Source of the DNA: a virus
Lineage: Duplodnaviria > Caudoviricetes
Virus record (IMG/VR): IMGVR_UViG_3300046490_000039
Span: 33,903 to 97,902 of that record
DNA length: 64,000 nt
Reading direction: 5' to 3' (one strand)
The translations under genes were made by a program, and so were the position numbers. The notes under the pieces were generated by a model, which saw nothing but the letters and a program-made list of their open reading frames with translations, was not told the origin of the DNA and did no database searches. This document shows positions 18,656-28,619 of this stretch, piece after piece (within the stretch, counting starts at the first letter, position 1; every line of letters starts with the position of its first letter).

Positions 18656-19813
18656 CTAGACGATCTCGGTCGTGCCGACCGGGGACAGCGAGAGCGTGAC
18701 GGTCTCCTCTGCGCCCGACAGCGCCACCGAAACCGACTTGATTCGGACCGACGTATCTGATAGTCTCCGGCACCCATCCTCCAGGAGCACCTTTACGATG
18801 CCACCGGGGATCAGGTCCTCGTTGAAGATGACCGGCGCATCGTACGAGAGAGCGCCCTCGGAGATGTAGGCGTACGGCACGTGCAGGAGATCCCACCGAG
18901 ATTTGGCGTCCTGAGCGATCGGGTTCGGGTTGATTGTGGTGTCAACGTCGTCAAGGATGTTCGTGGTGTTGAGGATCTCTAGAAGACCGTACTGCCGCTG
19001 GTTGGCCGTGAGGAGGGTCGGTCCGATCGGTCCCGTTGTGGTCGGGTAGATGGCGATCTGCTCATCGTAGTAGCCGTCGTAGCCGCCCTGCCCACCGGCC
19101 GACACGAATCTGGTGCCCATCTTCGCTCCGGTCACCTTCACGGTGGGCGGGGTCTTGAAGTGCTTGTCGAGTAGGACCACGCCGGACCCAACGGGGTTGA
19201 CGACCTGCACGTTTCCACCCCAGAGGTGGCGGTTGACGACCGTGTAGTCGACGCCCGACTGCGAGAGGGTCCGCATCTCTTCACCACACGTGACGTAGCC
19301 ACCGCCCCACCGTTCTCCACCGGCCTTGTCGAAGGCGGGGTAATAGCGGTCGGTCACGGGGATGCCGGTCGGGTCCATGCTGAACGACATGCACCACGGG
19401 TCCTTGCAGTAGGCATGCTCCAGGAGCCACACATAGGCGTCTGAGAGGTCCGTAGAGGCCGCCTCGTAGGGAATGTCGGCCAACTCTACCAGACGACGGT
19501 CGGCCCACGCTAGGAGGTCTCTGGCGGTCACGGTGATCGTCTCGTCGCTCGGGTTGAACTCCATCTCGGAGATCGGCCCGACCCAGACCTGCTCATCGTT
19601 CCGGTAGAACGCAACTTCGTGCTGCCACGGATTCACCGTAGCGAGGCAGTCGCAGCACCCGACCGTGGCCGTGAAGCTGGCCTCGGAGATGTCGTTGAGC
19701 GTGCGGTTGAATGACAGCTCGGTCACCTCTTCGATCTCGCACACGAACGCACGAGCGCATCGTGTCTGGATCATCACCCGGTAGACCCCACACCCGAGAG
19801 TGTACGTGGCCAC
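18656..19813 (-). CDS. minor tail protein (baseplate hub-like)
   Basis: FNRTLNDISEA...PWQHEVAFYRN...VWVGPI; downstream of tape measure. Confidence 0.8.
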   Translation of the reverse strand: MATYTLGCGVYRVMIQTRCARAFVCEIEEVTELSFNRTLNDISEASFTATVGCCDCLATVNPWQHEVAFYRNDEQVWVGPISEMEFNPSDETITVTARDLLAWADRRLVELADIPYEAASTDLSDAYVWLLEHAYCKDPWCMSFSMDPTGIPVTDRYYPAFDKAGGERWGGGYVTCGEEMRTLSQSGVDYTVVNRHLWGGNVQVVNPVGSGVVLLDKHFKTPPTVKVTGAKMGTRFVSAGGQGGYDGYYDEQIAIYPTTTGPIGPTLLTANQRQYGLLEILNTTNILDDVDTTINPNPIAQDAKSRWDLLHVPYAYISEGALSYDAPVIFNEDLIPGGIVKVLLEDGCRRLSDTSVRIKSVSVALSGAEETVTLSLSPVGTTEIV

Positions 19814-22800
19814 TTAGACCTTCACCTTCGTGGTGAGTTTCTTCAGAATGGCGGCGGTCACCTTGTCGATATCGGACGAGCTGACGATGGTGAATTGAGC
19901 CGAAATGGCGGCCGCTTGCTTGTCGGTTAGCTTGTATCCGAGGATCTTGGCTGCGGCCAAGATGGCGTCGGTGATCGTCTTCTTGGTCTTCTCCTGCTCA
20001 CGATCGAAGCTGATATCACCGGCCGCCTTGTCTCGATTGGCGACGGCGGTCGAGAGCTGCTTCAGTGTGGCGGGGTCGGCAGCGAGAAGCTTCTTGACCT
20101 GACGTACGTCGGTGATCCCGTTCACTTCCAGCGCTGCGAGCGCAGCCTCGCTGAGGCCCCGCTTCTTGAGGGTCTCGATCCCGGTGTCGAGGTACTTGAT
20201 GTCGGCGGTCTGCTTGTTGGCGTTGGCGATGGCACGAGTGGTCGAGATAGCCTTCTCGTACTGCACGTGTTCCTTGATGCCAGCACGCCAGGCGTCGGCC
20301 GCCTGCTTGGCTGCGTCCATCGAGGACGTGACGGCCGCCTTGATAGCGTCGGCCGCTTGCTTCATCAGGTCGGCCAGCGTCGGGCCGGTCGAGCCACCAC
20401 CGCCACCACCGGAGGAGGCGGTCGTACCGCCGTAGACCTGCACAGGGACCGTGGTGTTCATTGCCAGCACGTCCTTCTGGGCCTGGGCCTGGGCGACCTG
20501 GTTGGCGTGTTGGGCTGCGCCGCCAGGGGCACCGCTCATGTCAACCTTTGAGTAATCACCTGTCTTCAGGGCCTCATTGAGTTTCGACATCTTGGCCGCA
20601 AGGGCGTTCAGATTCTGAATAGCGGCATCTACGTCAGCCGTTACCACGATGTTGATGGTGGGGTCAATCTTTCCCTGAAGCGCCAGGATATCCCAGAGCT
20701 GTTGCTTTGTGTAGCCATACTTGGCTGCGAGCACGCTGATAGTTCCAACGGCCGCCGTTTGGACACCAGCAATTGCCCGTGATTCAGCAGCGAGCTGGGC
20801 AGCAGAGGCGGCGGCCTTGATCTCAAGATCAGAGTAACTAGCGCCCTGCGTGTTGTTGAGATTCACCATCCGCTGGGTGGTCTCTGCCGCAGCGTTGGCA
20901 CCGGCCAGAACGGCGTAGTTCAGCTTGTCCTGTTCGGCCGTGTACTGGGCTACGGCGTCGTTCTTGTTCTCGTACGCCTTGGCGATCGACGCTACGGCCT
21001 TCTTCTCCCCCTCCAGGGTCGAGATCCTGTTGCCGAATTCCTTGGCCCGCCCGCCGAGGCGTGCATCACCTTCCGTCTTCGCTGCGTCGAAGGCCGAGTT
21101 GTAGGCGGTAGCCGACTTGACCGCCTGCTTCTGCACGGAATCGAGTTGCTCCCAGTTCGTGACAATACGGAGCAGATCCTCTTCGGTCAGCTTCGTAACC
21201 TGCTCCAGGGTCATTCCGTAGCGCTCGGCCCACTTCGTGATCTTGGCGGGATCGGTAATGGCCGCACCCTCCGCTGCCCCAGTCGTGTACCCACGTGTCG
21301 GTCCACGCTCAACTAGCCCCGTGCTAACTGCCACACCCTCCGGAAGCTTCGCCGCCACAGAGGCTAGCCTGGTGAGTGTCGGCCCCAACTCTGTGTCAAT
21401 CTTGTCCTGGATGGCCTTCAGCTCCGGGCCGTACATGGTCTGTTGGTCCTTGTAGACCCCCTCGGCCTTCTTTCTGGCAGCGTCCATGGCCATCTCTGGC
21501 GTAATGGCTCCGTCAGTGGCTACCTTTGCCAGTTCCAGGTTGTCCTGGTAATACTTGTCAATGAGTTTGTTCTTGTTGGTCCCATTGACGATATCCTCAA
21601 GGAGCTTCGCCTGATCCGTGAGCGTCTTCATGGCATCGGTGAATGAGCCACCGCTGTTGATAGCGTCAATTGCTCCCTTGACGAAGGCGTTTCCTGCGTC
21701 CAAACCCGATTGCTTCAGGGCCTCATTGAGTTTCTTCTTCTCGTCTTCGGCAGCGTTCTTGATTGCCATGAAAGCGCCTACTGCGCCACCAGCCACAGCA
21801 CCCCAGGGACCGCCGACCATTGCGCCCATACCGGCGTACTGAGCAACAGACCCAACGGACTTGGCCGTCTGATTGTCGCTGCTCGATAGGGCCATACCGC
21901 CCATCATCAGGGCGGCCCCACCCATGGATACCATGGACTTCAACTTGCTACTCTTGGCGGCAGTGGCAGCGGTCGCCGCTTCTGATGCACGGGCCGAGTT
22001 GATCTCGGCCTGAGCCAACGCTGCGAGTTCCTCGCCGGTTACGGCCGCCTGCATACCGAGTTGCTTCATGGCAGCGATGCGTACATAGTCCACCTCGGTA
22101 GCGGCCGTAGTTGCAGTGGCGGAGGCGGTCGTGGCCTTCGTGACCAGGCCCAGGCGGGCCACAAGCCCCACCCCTCCCGTCCCGCCAATACCCTCAGCGA
22201 TCTTCGTGAATGTGGTGGCGAACTGCATCAGGGCCAGAGGGGCCTTGAGGGCAAGGTAAGCGGCGAGCGCCTTCGCTACGAGGTCGAGCGCACCGGTCTT
22301 CTGGAGCGCCATCAGCACATCGGCCAGCGCTTGCAGCGTGACCGTGAAGACCGAGAGGCCAGACATGGCGGCAGCGCCAGACGCTTCAGCGAAGGCCTTG
22401 ATAGCGGGCTTCAGTGACTCATAGACCTTGCCGACGCCAGCGAGGGCGTTGGAGATGGCCCCCTCAACCTTTGGATCGCTCAGCTTGTTGGCAAAGTTCT
22501 GGATGCCCACTACGATGTCGTCGTAGATCGCCTTCAGCGCCGGAGCCTTCTGGAGCATGATGGTCACGGTGTCGGAGAGGACGGCCTTGGCACCGGAGAT
22601 CGTCTTCACGGCGTTGTCCATGGCGTGCGGGACCTTCTGGCCAGCAGCCTGAATGGCGGCCATCACCTGTTCGGCGCTGATCGACCCCTGCTCCTGCATC
22701 TTCTTGACTTCCTGGGTCGTCTTACCCAGGTACTCACCGAGCATCCTCGTGATGGGGATGAGCGACGACTGAAGCTGCATAGCGTCCTGGCCGGTCAGTC

Positions 22801-23383
22801 GACCGACCGTCTGGATCTGGGTCAACGTGAAGAGCACCCGGCTCAGGTTGTGTGTATCACCACCCACCGAGGCGATGACGTTACCGGTGTCCTTGAGCAG
22901 GGGGACAATCTTCTCAGAGGCGAGACCAACACCGAGCAACTGCTGTGAGTAGTTGACGAGTTCCTGCGTAACGAACGGAGAAACACGAGCGAATTCCTGG
23001 ATATCGGCCAGCAGTTTGTCGCCGGGCTTCTGGCCAATGATGGCGTTGAAACCAGCACGGGCCTGGGTGAGCTGGTCGAAGAGACCGGCGAGCTTGTTGA
23101 CGGTTCCCTCGACGCTGGCCTTGACGGCCCAGATCGCTCCAGTGAAGGCAGCGGCCTGCATGGCGGCCCGAGCGAACCCGCCGCCCACCTGCTCGTTGAT
23201 CGTGTTGCCGAGTTGGTCGGCCCCCTTCGATGCGTCCGAGAAGGCGTTGCCCATCTGCTTTCCAGCGTTGACTGAAGCAGCGGTCGCCTTGTCGAGGATG
23301 CTCTGAACGCCTGGACCGAACCGAGATCCGTCAGGGACAACGAGAACCTGCACCTCTCCGACGACATTGTTCCCAGCGGCCAT
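19814..23383 (-). CDS. tape measure protein
   Basis: 1189 aa, Ala-rich; FARVSPF...QLLGVG...QIQTVGRLTGQD tape-measure domain. Confidence 0.93.
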   Translation of the reverse strand: MAAGNNVVGEVQVLVVPDGSRFGPGVQSILDKATAASVNAGKQMGNAFSDASKGADQLGNTINEQVGGGFARAAMQAAAFTGAIWAVKASVEGTVNKLAGLFDQLTQARAGFNAIIGQKPGDKLLADIQEFARVSPFVTQELVNYSQQLLGVGLASEKIVPLLKDTGNVIASVGGDTHNLSRVLFTLTQIQTVGRLTGQDAMQLQSSLIPITRMLGEYLGKTTQEVKKMQEQGSISAEQVMAAIQAAGQKVPHAMDNAVKTISGAKAVLSDTVTIMLQKAPALKAIYDDIVVGIQNFANKLSDPKVEGAISNALAGVGKVYESLKPAIKAFAEASGAAAMSGLSVFTVTLQALADVLMALQKTGALDLVAKALAAYLALKAPLALMQFATTFTKIAEGIGGTGGVGLVARLGLVTKATTASATATTAATEVDYVRIAAMKQLGMQAAVTGEELAALAQAEINSARASEAATAATAAKSSKLKSMVSMGGAALMMGGMALSSSDNQTAKSVGSVAQYAGMGAMVGGPWGAVAGGAVGAFMAIKNAAEDEKKKLNEALKQSGLDAGNAFVKGAIDAINSGGSFTDAMKTLTDQAKLLEDIVNGTNKNKLIDKYYQDNLELAKVATDGAITPEMAMDAARKKAEGVYKDQQTMYGPELKAIQDKIDTELGPTLTRLASVAAKLPEGVAVSTGLVERGPTRGYTTGAAEGAAITDPAKITKWAERYGMTLEQVTKLTEEDLLRIVTNWEQLDSVQKQAVKSATAYNSAFDAAKTEGDARLGGRAKEFGNRISTLEGEKKAVASIAKAYENKNDAVAQYTAEQDKLNYAVLAGANAAAETTQRMVNLNNTQGASYSDLEIKAAASAAQLAAESRAIAGVQTAAVGTISVLAAKYGYTKQQLWDILALQGKIDPTINIVVTADVDAAIQNLNALAAKMSKLNEALKTGDYSKVDMSGAPGGAAQHANQVAQAQAQKDVLAMNTTVPVQVYGGTTASSGGGGGGSTGPTLADLMKQAADAIKAAVTSSMDAAKQAADAWRAGIKEHVQYEKAISTTRAIANANKQTADIKYLDTGIETLKKRGLSEAALAALEVNGITDVRQVKKLLAADPATLKQLSTAVANRDKAAGDISFDREQEKTKKTITDAILAAAKILGYKLTDKQAAAISAQFTIVSSSDIDKVTAAILKKLTTKVKV

Positions 23384-23441
23384 TCTCTAGGCAGTCTAGC
23401 ACGCTGAACCGTATCCAGCCTGAGGGTGCTAGGCTACTCCT

Positions 23442-23759
23442 ATGCGTGATGGCAGTCGTAACCTCTCCCACATCCTGATCTCTCGCCGTGACGAGGATCT
23501 GATCCCTGCGTTCACCATCGGGGACGTGGACTACCTGATCTTCCCCCGAGTCTCCGCTGAGTCGATCGTCAAGTTGACGACCGCCGAGAGCACGGTCACC
23601 GGCATGCGTGACTACATCCTGGCCAACCTCGCCAAGGAAGATCAGCGCACGACCTTCGCCAGCCTGATGAATGACATCGACGTGGAGGGCTTGGGTCTCA
23701 TCATCGAGGAGATCGTGGCCCGCACTACCCCTTTCGATTCGACGAAGCCCAACGGCTAG
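23442..23759 (+). CDS. tail assembly chaperone (gpG-like)
   Basis: Ends just after the slippery heptamer C CCT TTC; adjacent to the tape measure gene. Confidence 0.75.
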   Translation: MRDGSRNLSHILISRRDEDLIPAFTIGDVDYLIFPRVSAESIVKLTTAESTVTGMRDYILANLAKEDQRTTFASLMNDIDVEGLGLIIEEIVARTTPFDSTKPNG

Positions 23760-24124
23760 TCTTCGCAGCCGTCCAGTTCTGGCCCGAGATTGCGGGTGAC
23801 TACAACCGATCTTGTGGAGATCATCTCCAGTATCAGGACGCTGCAACCTTCCTCAATGTGGTCTATGCCTATTTCGTGGTCAACCCGAATGAGCTACGGT
23901 TCGATGTCCGAGATAGCTTTGAGGAGTTCGTCACCGGGATCTCCGAGATCAAGGGTGACGGCACCACCGACGACCGTCCGATCCAGGAACAGGCCCCCGC
24001 TCTCATGGACGAACTTGCCATGATGGAGGAGATGATGGGTGGCATCTCCCTTGAACCCAGTCCGCCGCTCGTGGAGATCGTGCCCGCTGAGCCTCCGCAG
24101 TACCCGTCCTTCCAGATAGACTAG
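23729..24124 (+). CDS. -1 frameshift extension of the tail assembly chaperone (gpGT-like)
   Basis: The -1 frame is open from the slip site (PFRFDEAQRLVFAAVQFWPEI...FLNVVYAY...) to 24124. Confidence 0.7.
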   Translation, partial: PFRFDEAQRLVFAAVQFWPEIAGDYNRSCGDHLQYQDAATFLNVVYAYFVVNPNELRFDVRDSFEEFVTGISEIKGDGTTDDRPIQEQAPALMDELAMMEEMMGGISLEPSPPLVEIVPAEPPQYPSFQID

Positions 24125-24129
24125 ATGCC

Positions 24130-26019
24130 ATGCCCGTAGGTGCCTGGGAACTTGAGTACGGTTGCACGACGATCGCTGACCCGAACCGGGTAGCACAGTA
24201 CGTTGCCAACGCACAGAATCCCAACTACTGCACGAATGGAATCAACTCCCTTGCACCGTACCCGCTCAAGTGGACTACGCTCAGGGTCAACTGTGGCTGT
24301 CCGGCTACCAACTGGTTCTCGGACACGCCCGGCGTCGACCCCACGGCACGCATCCCGTACACGTCCCCGGCGCTCGACTTTGCTCCGTGGTACACGCCCG
24401 ATCACCCCGAGTCCGCCCACTTCTGGGGCTGGATGGTCGAGCGGGTAGAGGACGTTGCCACCGCACCGATCACCAGAGCGGTCACGGAGCGGGTGAGCAG
24501 CTTCGGTGGGTCGGTCCTGGGTCCGCTCAGGAAGCGTGGTAGGGCGATGCGCTTCACCCTCATCGGGTTCGGTGCCTACGAGGCCGCCATGGACTACGGC
24601 TACCGGTGGCTCTCCGACAACCTCACGACCGAGGGCGCTGCCTGCGAGCTGTGCGACATGACCTTCCGGATCGCCTGCCCAGAGCTGGGCGCACACCCAA
24701 CCTACACCGAGTGGGACCAGGGCCGTTGGACCTTCAAGGATGTCGGGATTATCGACGGTCCTACGTACGAGGACCCCCCGAACCCCGACGCTCGTGGGTC
24801 TATCCGTAGGGTCTCGTTCACTATGGTGGCGTCGATCCCGTACGGGTTCAAGTGCCCAGAGTCGGTGCTACAGAATATGACATGGATACCGCAACTCTGG
24901 TCGGCAACGAGCGCCATTCCGTTCGCCCGATGGGACCTCTCTTCCCAGCCGTCCACGCTCCCTAACGAGATCGTCGGTAAGCCCGAGTGGAACCTTACCT
25001 TCTCGCTCACCGATGTCAATAGCGGGTGCGGCGGCTTCTCTGAGGCGTGGTATGACGTGACCCCCGGCACCGTCGCCGGGGAGGACAGCTATGGAGGGAC
25101 TGACCTCTGTAACGGGAAGATGGTGTTCACAGCACAGCTCCCTGACATCTCGACTGCGCCCTACATCTGCAACTGGTCGCAGGGCGGTGATACGTCCTTC
25201 ATGTTCGGTGCGTCCCTCACGGTCTGCGCCGCCAATGACTGGTCCGCCTCTCTGTTCCTGGGGAGGCTCAATGGGCTGGGGAACTACAGCTACTACGATC
25301 TCAGTCTCGGTGGCCCGGCTCATACACTCCCCACCACGTCGATCTCCCTGGAGCTGGACATGAATTCAGGAGCGGGAGCTGTGTACTTTGACGGGGTGCT
25401 CGTCCCCGCCATTCCCGTAAACTTCTTCTCCGACATTGTAGGAACCCCTGCCCCGTGCGCTCTGCCAATCATCCCCACGACGGCGGCCGTAGCCAACCTG
25501 AACTACAGCTCCAAGCCGGGCTTCACCATGGAGCTAGCTCGCAAGGCCGATTGCCCGCCGCTCGACTGGATCTGTGATGCGAACAGCGGGCGCACGTGCG
25601 TTTCCGCAACGTCAGATTACATTACCGGCGATACTACGATGGTCATCGAGGTACACGTGGGGCCTGCCGATGTCAACAACCTCACGATCAGCGTCACCCC
25701 AGATCCGTACGGGTACGTGTGCGGGACCGCTCCGCCCCACTACGTTGCACCCGACCCGTGCTATCAGCTCGTGATCCCGCACCTCCCGGCCAACTCCATT
25801 CTCCGCTATGACGGCACGCTCTCCAGCGTGACGATCAAGCTCCCTGGCCACGACTACGTGGACGCTTCTCCGTACCTCAACACGGACCTGGGACCGGCCA
25901 CGTTCCCGTCGATCACGAGCGGGCAATTCTGTGTGTGTATCGGCTCGGAGCGCTGCTCGTGGAACAGTGACGGCTCATGGGTCAACGTGTGGCTCGTGCA
26001 CCGAGAGCTTGGCATCTAG
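24130..26019 (+). CDS. distal/minor tail protein, paralog 1 (with internal insertion)
   Basis: APWY..D.PES..F.G motif of actinophage minor tail proteins; paralog of 26053. Confidence 0.75.
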   Translation: MPVGAWELEYGCTTIADPNRVAQYVANAQNPNYCTNGINSLAPYPLKWTTLRVNCGCPATNWFSDTPGVDPTARIPYTSPALDFAPWYTPDHPESAHFWGWMVERVEDVATAPITRAVTERVSSFGGSVLGPLRKRGRAMRFTLIGFGAYEAAMDYGYRWLSDNLTTEGAACELCDMTFRIACPELGAHPTYTEWDQGRWTFKDVGIIDGPTYEDPPNPDARGSIRRVSFTMVASIPYGFKCPESVLQNMTWIPQLWSATSAIPFARWDLSSQPSTLPNEIVGKPEWNLTFSLTDVNSGCGGFSEAWYDVTPGTVAGEDSYGGTDLCNGKMVFTAQLPDISTAPYICNWSQGGDTSFMFGASLTVCAANDWSASLFLGRLNGLGNYSYYDLSLGGPAHTLPTTSISLELDMNSGAGAVYFDGVLVPAIPVNFFSDIVGTPAPCALPIIPTTAAVANLNYSSKPGFTMELARKADCPPLDWICDANSGRTCVSATSDYITGDTTMVIEVHVGPADVNNLTISVTPDPYGYVCGTAPPHYVAPDPCYQLVIPHLPANSILRYDGTLSSVTIKLPGHDYVDASPYLNTDLGPATFPSITSGQFCVCIGSERCSWNSDGSWVNVWLVHRELGI

Positions 26020-26052
26020 CCGCCTCGTGAGCCACCGACTAGACTGGTCACT

Positions 26053-27306
26053 ATGCCCGTAGGTGCGTGGGAACTTGAGTATGGCTGCAACGTCATTGCC
26101 GACCCCAATCGGGTGTCGCAGTACGTTTCCAACGCTCAGGACCCAAACTACTGCGTGAATGGGATCAATCTCCTGAACCCTGTCACCCCGAAATGGTCCT
26201 ATCTCAATGTCGAGGCCGGGTGCGATGCCCTCCAATGGACCTTCGACGGTCCCGCTGGATCTCCGCAAGCCATCGCAGGCTACACGACCCCCGCCGTGGA
26301 CAAGGCCCCGTGGTACTCTAGCCTAGTGCCCGAGTCGGCGCACTTCTGGGGGTGGATGCTGGAGAGGGTGGAGGAGGTGAGCACCCCGCCGATCTCCCGT
26401 AAGGTGGTCGATCGGGTAGCTGAGTTCGGTGGCGCATCGCTCGGCAGGCTCCGCCGTCGTGGCCGCACCATGAAGTTCACGCTGATCGGGTTTGGATCAT
26501 ACGAGCTGGCGATGGACTACGGGTTCCGGTGGCTCACCGACCTGCTCACCAGCCAGGAGGCCGTGTGCGCCACCTGTGACATGACCTTCCGCACCTCGTG
26601 CCCGCCTATCTCCAACCCACCGTCCTACCAGGAGTGGGACACCGGACGTTGGACATTCAAGGACGTGGGGATCGTTGATGGTCCGCACTACGAGGACCCG
26701 CCGAACGGGGACATGGCCTGCAACATGCGCCGAGTGAGCTTCACGGTGGTCGCTCAGGTGCCGTACGCCTACAAGTGCCCCGTGCTGTGGGCTGACGCCG
26801 TGGCGTGGATTCCTACCCTCTGGGCCGATGGTGATCCGGGGTGCCCGCCGCTCGACTGGGTTTGTGCACCCACCACCTACAACACCGACTGCGTGAACGT
26901 CACGGGGTCCGGTACCTCAGTGGGCGAGGACGCTCTCGTGATCCAGGTACAGGCTGGATTCAGGGACATTCTCAACGTCACCATCAAGGTAACTCCCAAC
27001 CCATTCAATCTCAATTGTCTCGATCCATCCCTCCGCTATCCGTGCGATACAGTCGTCATTCCGATGCTACCGGCACGGTACAGGCTAAATTACGACGGAA
27101 CGAACCAGACCATCACCGTCACCAGGCCAGACGGCGTGGTGGAGGACGGCACTCCGTACATCTACTCTGGCTCGGACCCTCCGTCGTTCCCGGTGGTGCG
27201 TGGCAATAAGTTCTGTGTGTGCATCACTTCCGACCGGTGCTCGTGGAGCGGTGACGACGAGGCAGTGTGGTCGGTGTGGCTTGCCCACCGAGAGTTGGGC
27301 ATCTAG
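26053..27306 (+). CDS. distal/minor tail protein, paralog 2
   Basis: Same N-terminus (MPVGAWELEYGC) and C-terminus (HRELGI) as 24130. Confidence 0.75.
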   Translation: MPVGAWELEYGCNVIADPNRVSQYVSNAQDPNYCVNGINLLNPVTPKWSYLNVEAGCDALQWTFDGPAGSPQAIAGYTTPAVDKAPWYSSLVPESAHFWGWMLERVEEVSTPPISRKVVDRVAEFGGASLGRLRRRGRTMKFTLIGFGSYELAMDYGFRWLTDLLTSQEAVCATCDMTFRTSCPPISNPPSYQEWDTGRWTFKDVGIVDGPHYEDPPNGDMACNMRRVSFTVVAQVPYAYKCPVLWADAVAWIPTLWADGDPGCPPLDWVCAPTTYNTDCVNVTGSGTSVGEDALVIQVQAGFRDILNVTIKVTPNPFNLNCLDPSLRYPCDTVVIPMLPARYRLNYDGTNQTITVTRPDGVVEDGTPYIYSGSDPPSFPVVRGNKFCVCITSDRCSWSGDDEAVWSVWLAHRELGI

Positions 27307-27752
27307 CGCTTGAAGGTACGGACGGCCTTCTCGGTCGCCCGGCGCATGATGTTGTACGGAATCGTCTGACCGGGGTGGCTCACAGCTTTCACGACACGCC
27401 ATTGACCGTCCGTACGAGAACGGAACCGTAGGTACTTGGCCTTTCGGGCCTTGATCTCGTGCGGCCTAGAGCCGAACTCCAGAATGGCAGCGTACGGTGC
27501 CTTGTTGGCGACCACGTACTGGAATCCGCTGGCGTGGGTGTCAACCTTGACGGAGAAGCTCCGAGCATACCGGCCAGATCGAGGGGCGTCGGCGGGGTCT
27601 CTACGGCCTAGCTCGTTCTTGGCGATCTCCTCAGCGTTGGCGGCGATGTCGAGCGCTAGTCGACGTACCACGACACCGACAGGTCCACCAGGGGCACGTA
27701 CGATGCGGTCGATCTCATTCGGGTAGATGACACCCCTCGTGACTCCGGCCAC
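27303..27752 (-). CDS. HK97 gp10-like head-tail / tail completion protein
   Basis: RSGRYARS...PYAAILEFGSRPHEI...VSHPG. Confidence 0.8.
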   Translation of the reverse strand: MAGVTRGVIYPNEIDRIVRAPGGPVGVVVRRLALDIAANAEEIAKNELGRRDPADAPRSGRYARSFSVKVDTHASGFQYVVANKAPYAAILEFGSRPHEIKARKAKYLRFRSRTDGQWRVVKAVSHPGQTIPYNIMRRATEKAVRTFKR

Positions 27753-27754
27753 GA

Positions 27755-28009
27755 TCAGCCCCCGTCGAGCGGGAGGTCGAGCTGAGTAGGCTCTTCCACG
27801 GGGACGACCTTGGCCGTACCCCTGGACTTCGGCTGGAGGGCGTCGTACTCGGTCTGCGTCAGGAGCATCGTCCAGATCCCAGCGGAAATGAAGGCACGGG
27901 TCTTGGCGTTGTCATCAACCTCGGCCATCTGGCCAGGCTCCATACCGGCCGTCGTAATGTTGGCCCGGATCTTGACGGTCTTGCCACGGAAAGGGAGAGC
28001 GATCGGCAT
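27755..28009 (-). CDS. hypothetical virion-region protein
   Basis: ORF with leaderless -10. Confidence 0.6.
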   Translation of the reverse strand: MPIALPFRGKTVKIRANITTAGMEPGQMAEVDDNAKTRAFISAGIWTMLLTQTEYDALQPKSRGTAKVVPVEEPTQLDLPLDGG

Positions 28010-28013
28010 GGGA

Positions 28014-28538
28014 TCAGCTTACCCCGAGACGCACGGTTACGGTGAATTGAACCCCGCCGCAGCCGCCATCAGCGTACTCAACGGTGGGTCCGATCTGAAG
28101 AGGCGTGCACCCATCCACCTCATCAATCTGCCCATTGACCCACCGACACCAGAACCCATTGAATGTATCGTGCTGGATTGAGTACAGCTCTCGGCTGTAA
28201 TCGTTGATCTGGCTCGGCTCCAACGGCTCGCCGTTCTCGTCGATGTCGATGAAACACTGGCTCACTCGGATCGTCACGTCATAGAGCCAGAGCTGAGCGC
28301 AGCTCGCACGCTGCACGCCGCCGCCGCTCGGGATCGTACCGGAGGGGTCGGGTCGAAGACCGCCACCCCAGACAGCGATCTCAGGGCAACAGTCCTGGGG
28401 AGGGTCAGCCCATCCGATGATGCGCCGCCACGAGTTGACGGGGCGGGTAGCGGACAGCGAGAGGGCGACGGCGTGCTCCACACTCTCCAGTAGATTGAAC
28501 AGTGAGTCAGACTCAGGGTAGGGGGTGCGCTCGGTCAC
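28014..28538 (-). CDS. tail terminator-like protein
   Basis: P..DCC...GGCGG motifs; position next to the tail tube gene. Confidence 0.6.
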   Translation of the reverse strand: MTERTPYPESDSLFNLLESVEHAVALSLSATRPVNSWRRIIGWADPPQDCCPEIAVWGGGLRPDPSGTIPSGGGVQRASCAQLWLYDVTIRVSQCFIDIDENGEPLEPSQINDYSRELYSIQHDTFNGFWCRWVNGQIDEVDGCTPLQIGPTVEYADGGCGGVQFTVTVRLGVS

Positions 28539-28619
28539 GGTACTACCATCCTAACGCAAACGACCCCGCACTGGGCGAGGTCGAGAAGCGTGCCCCTAGA
28601 GGCAGATGGGGCCTGAGGA

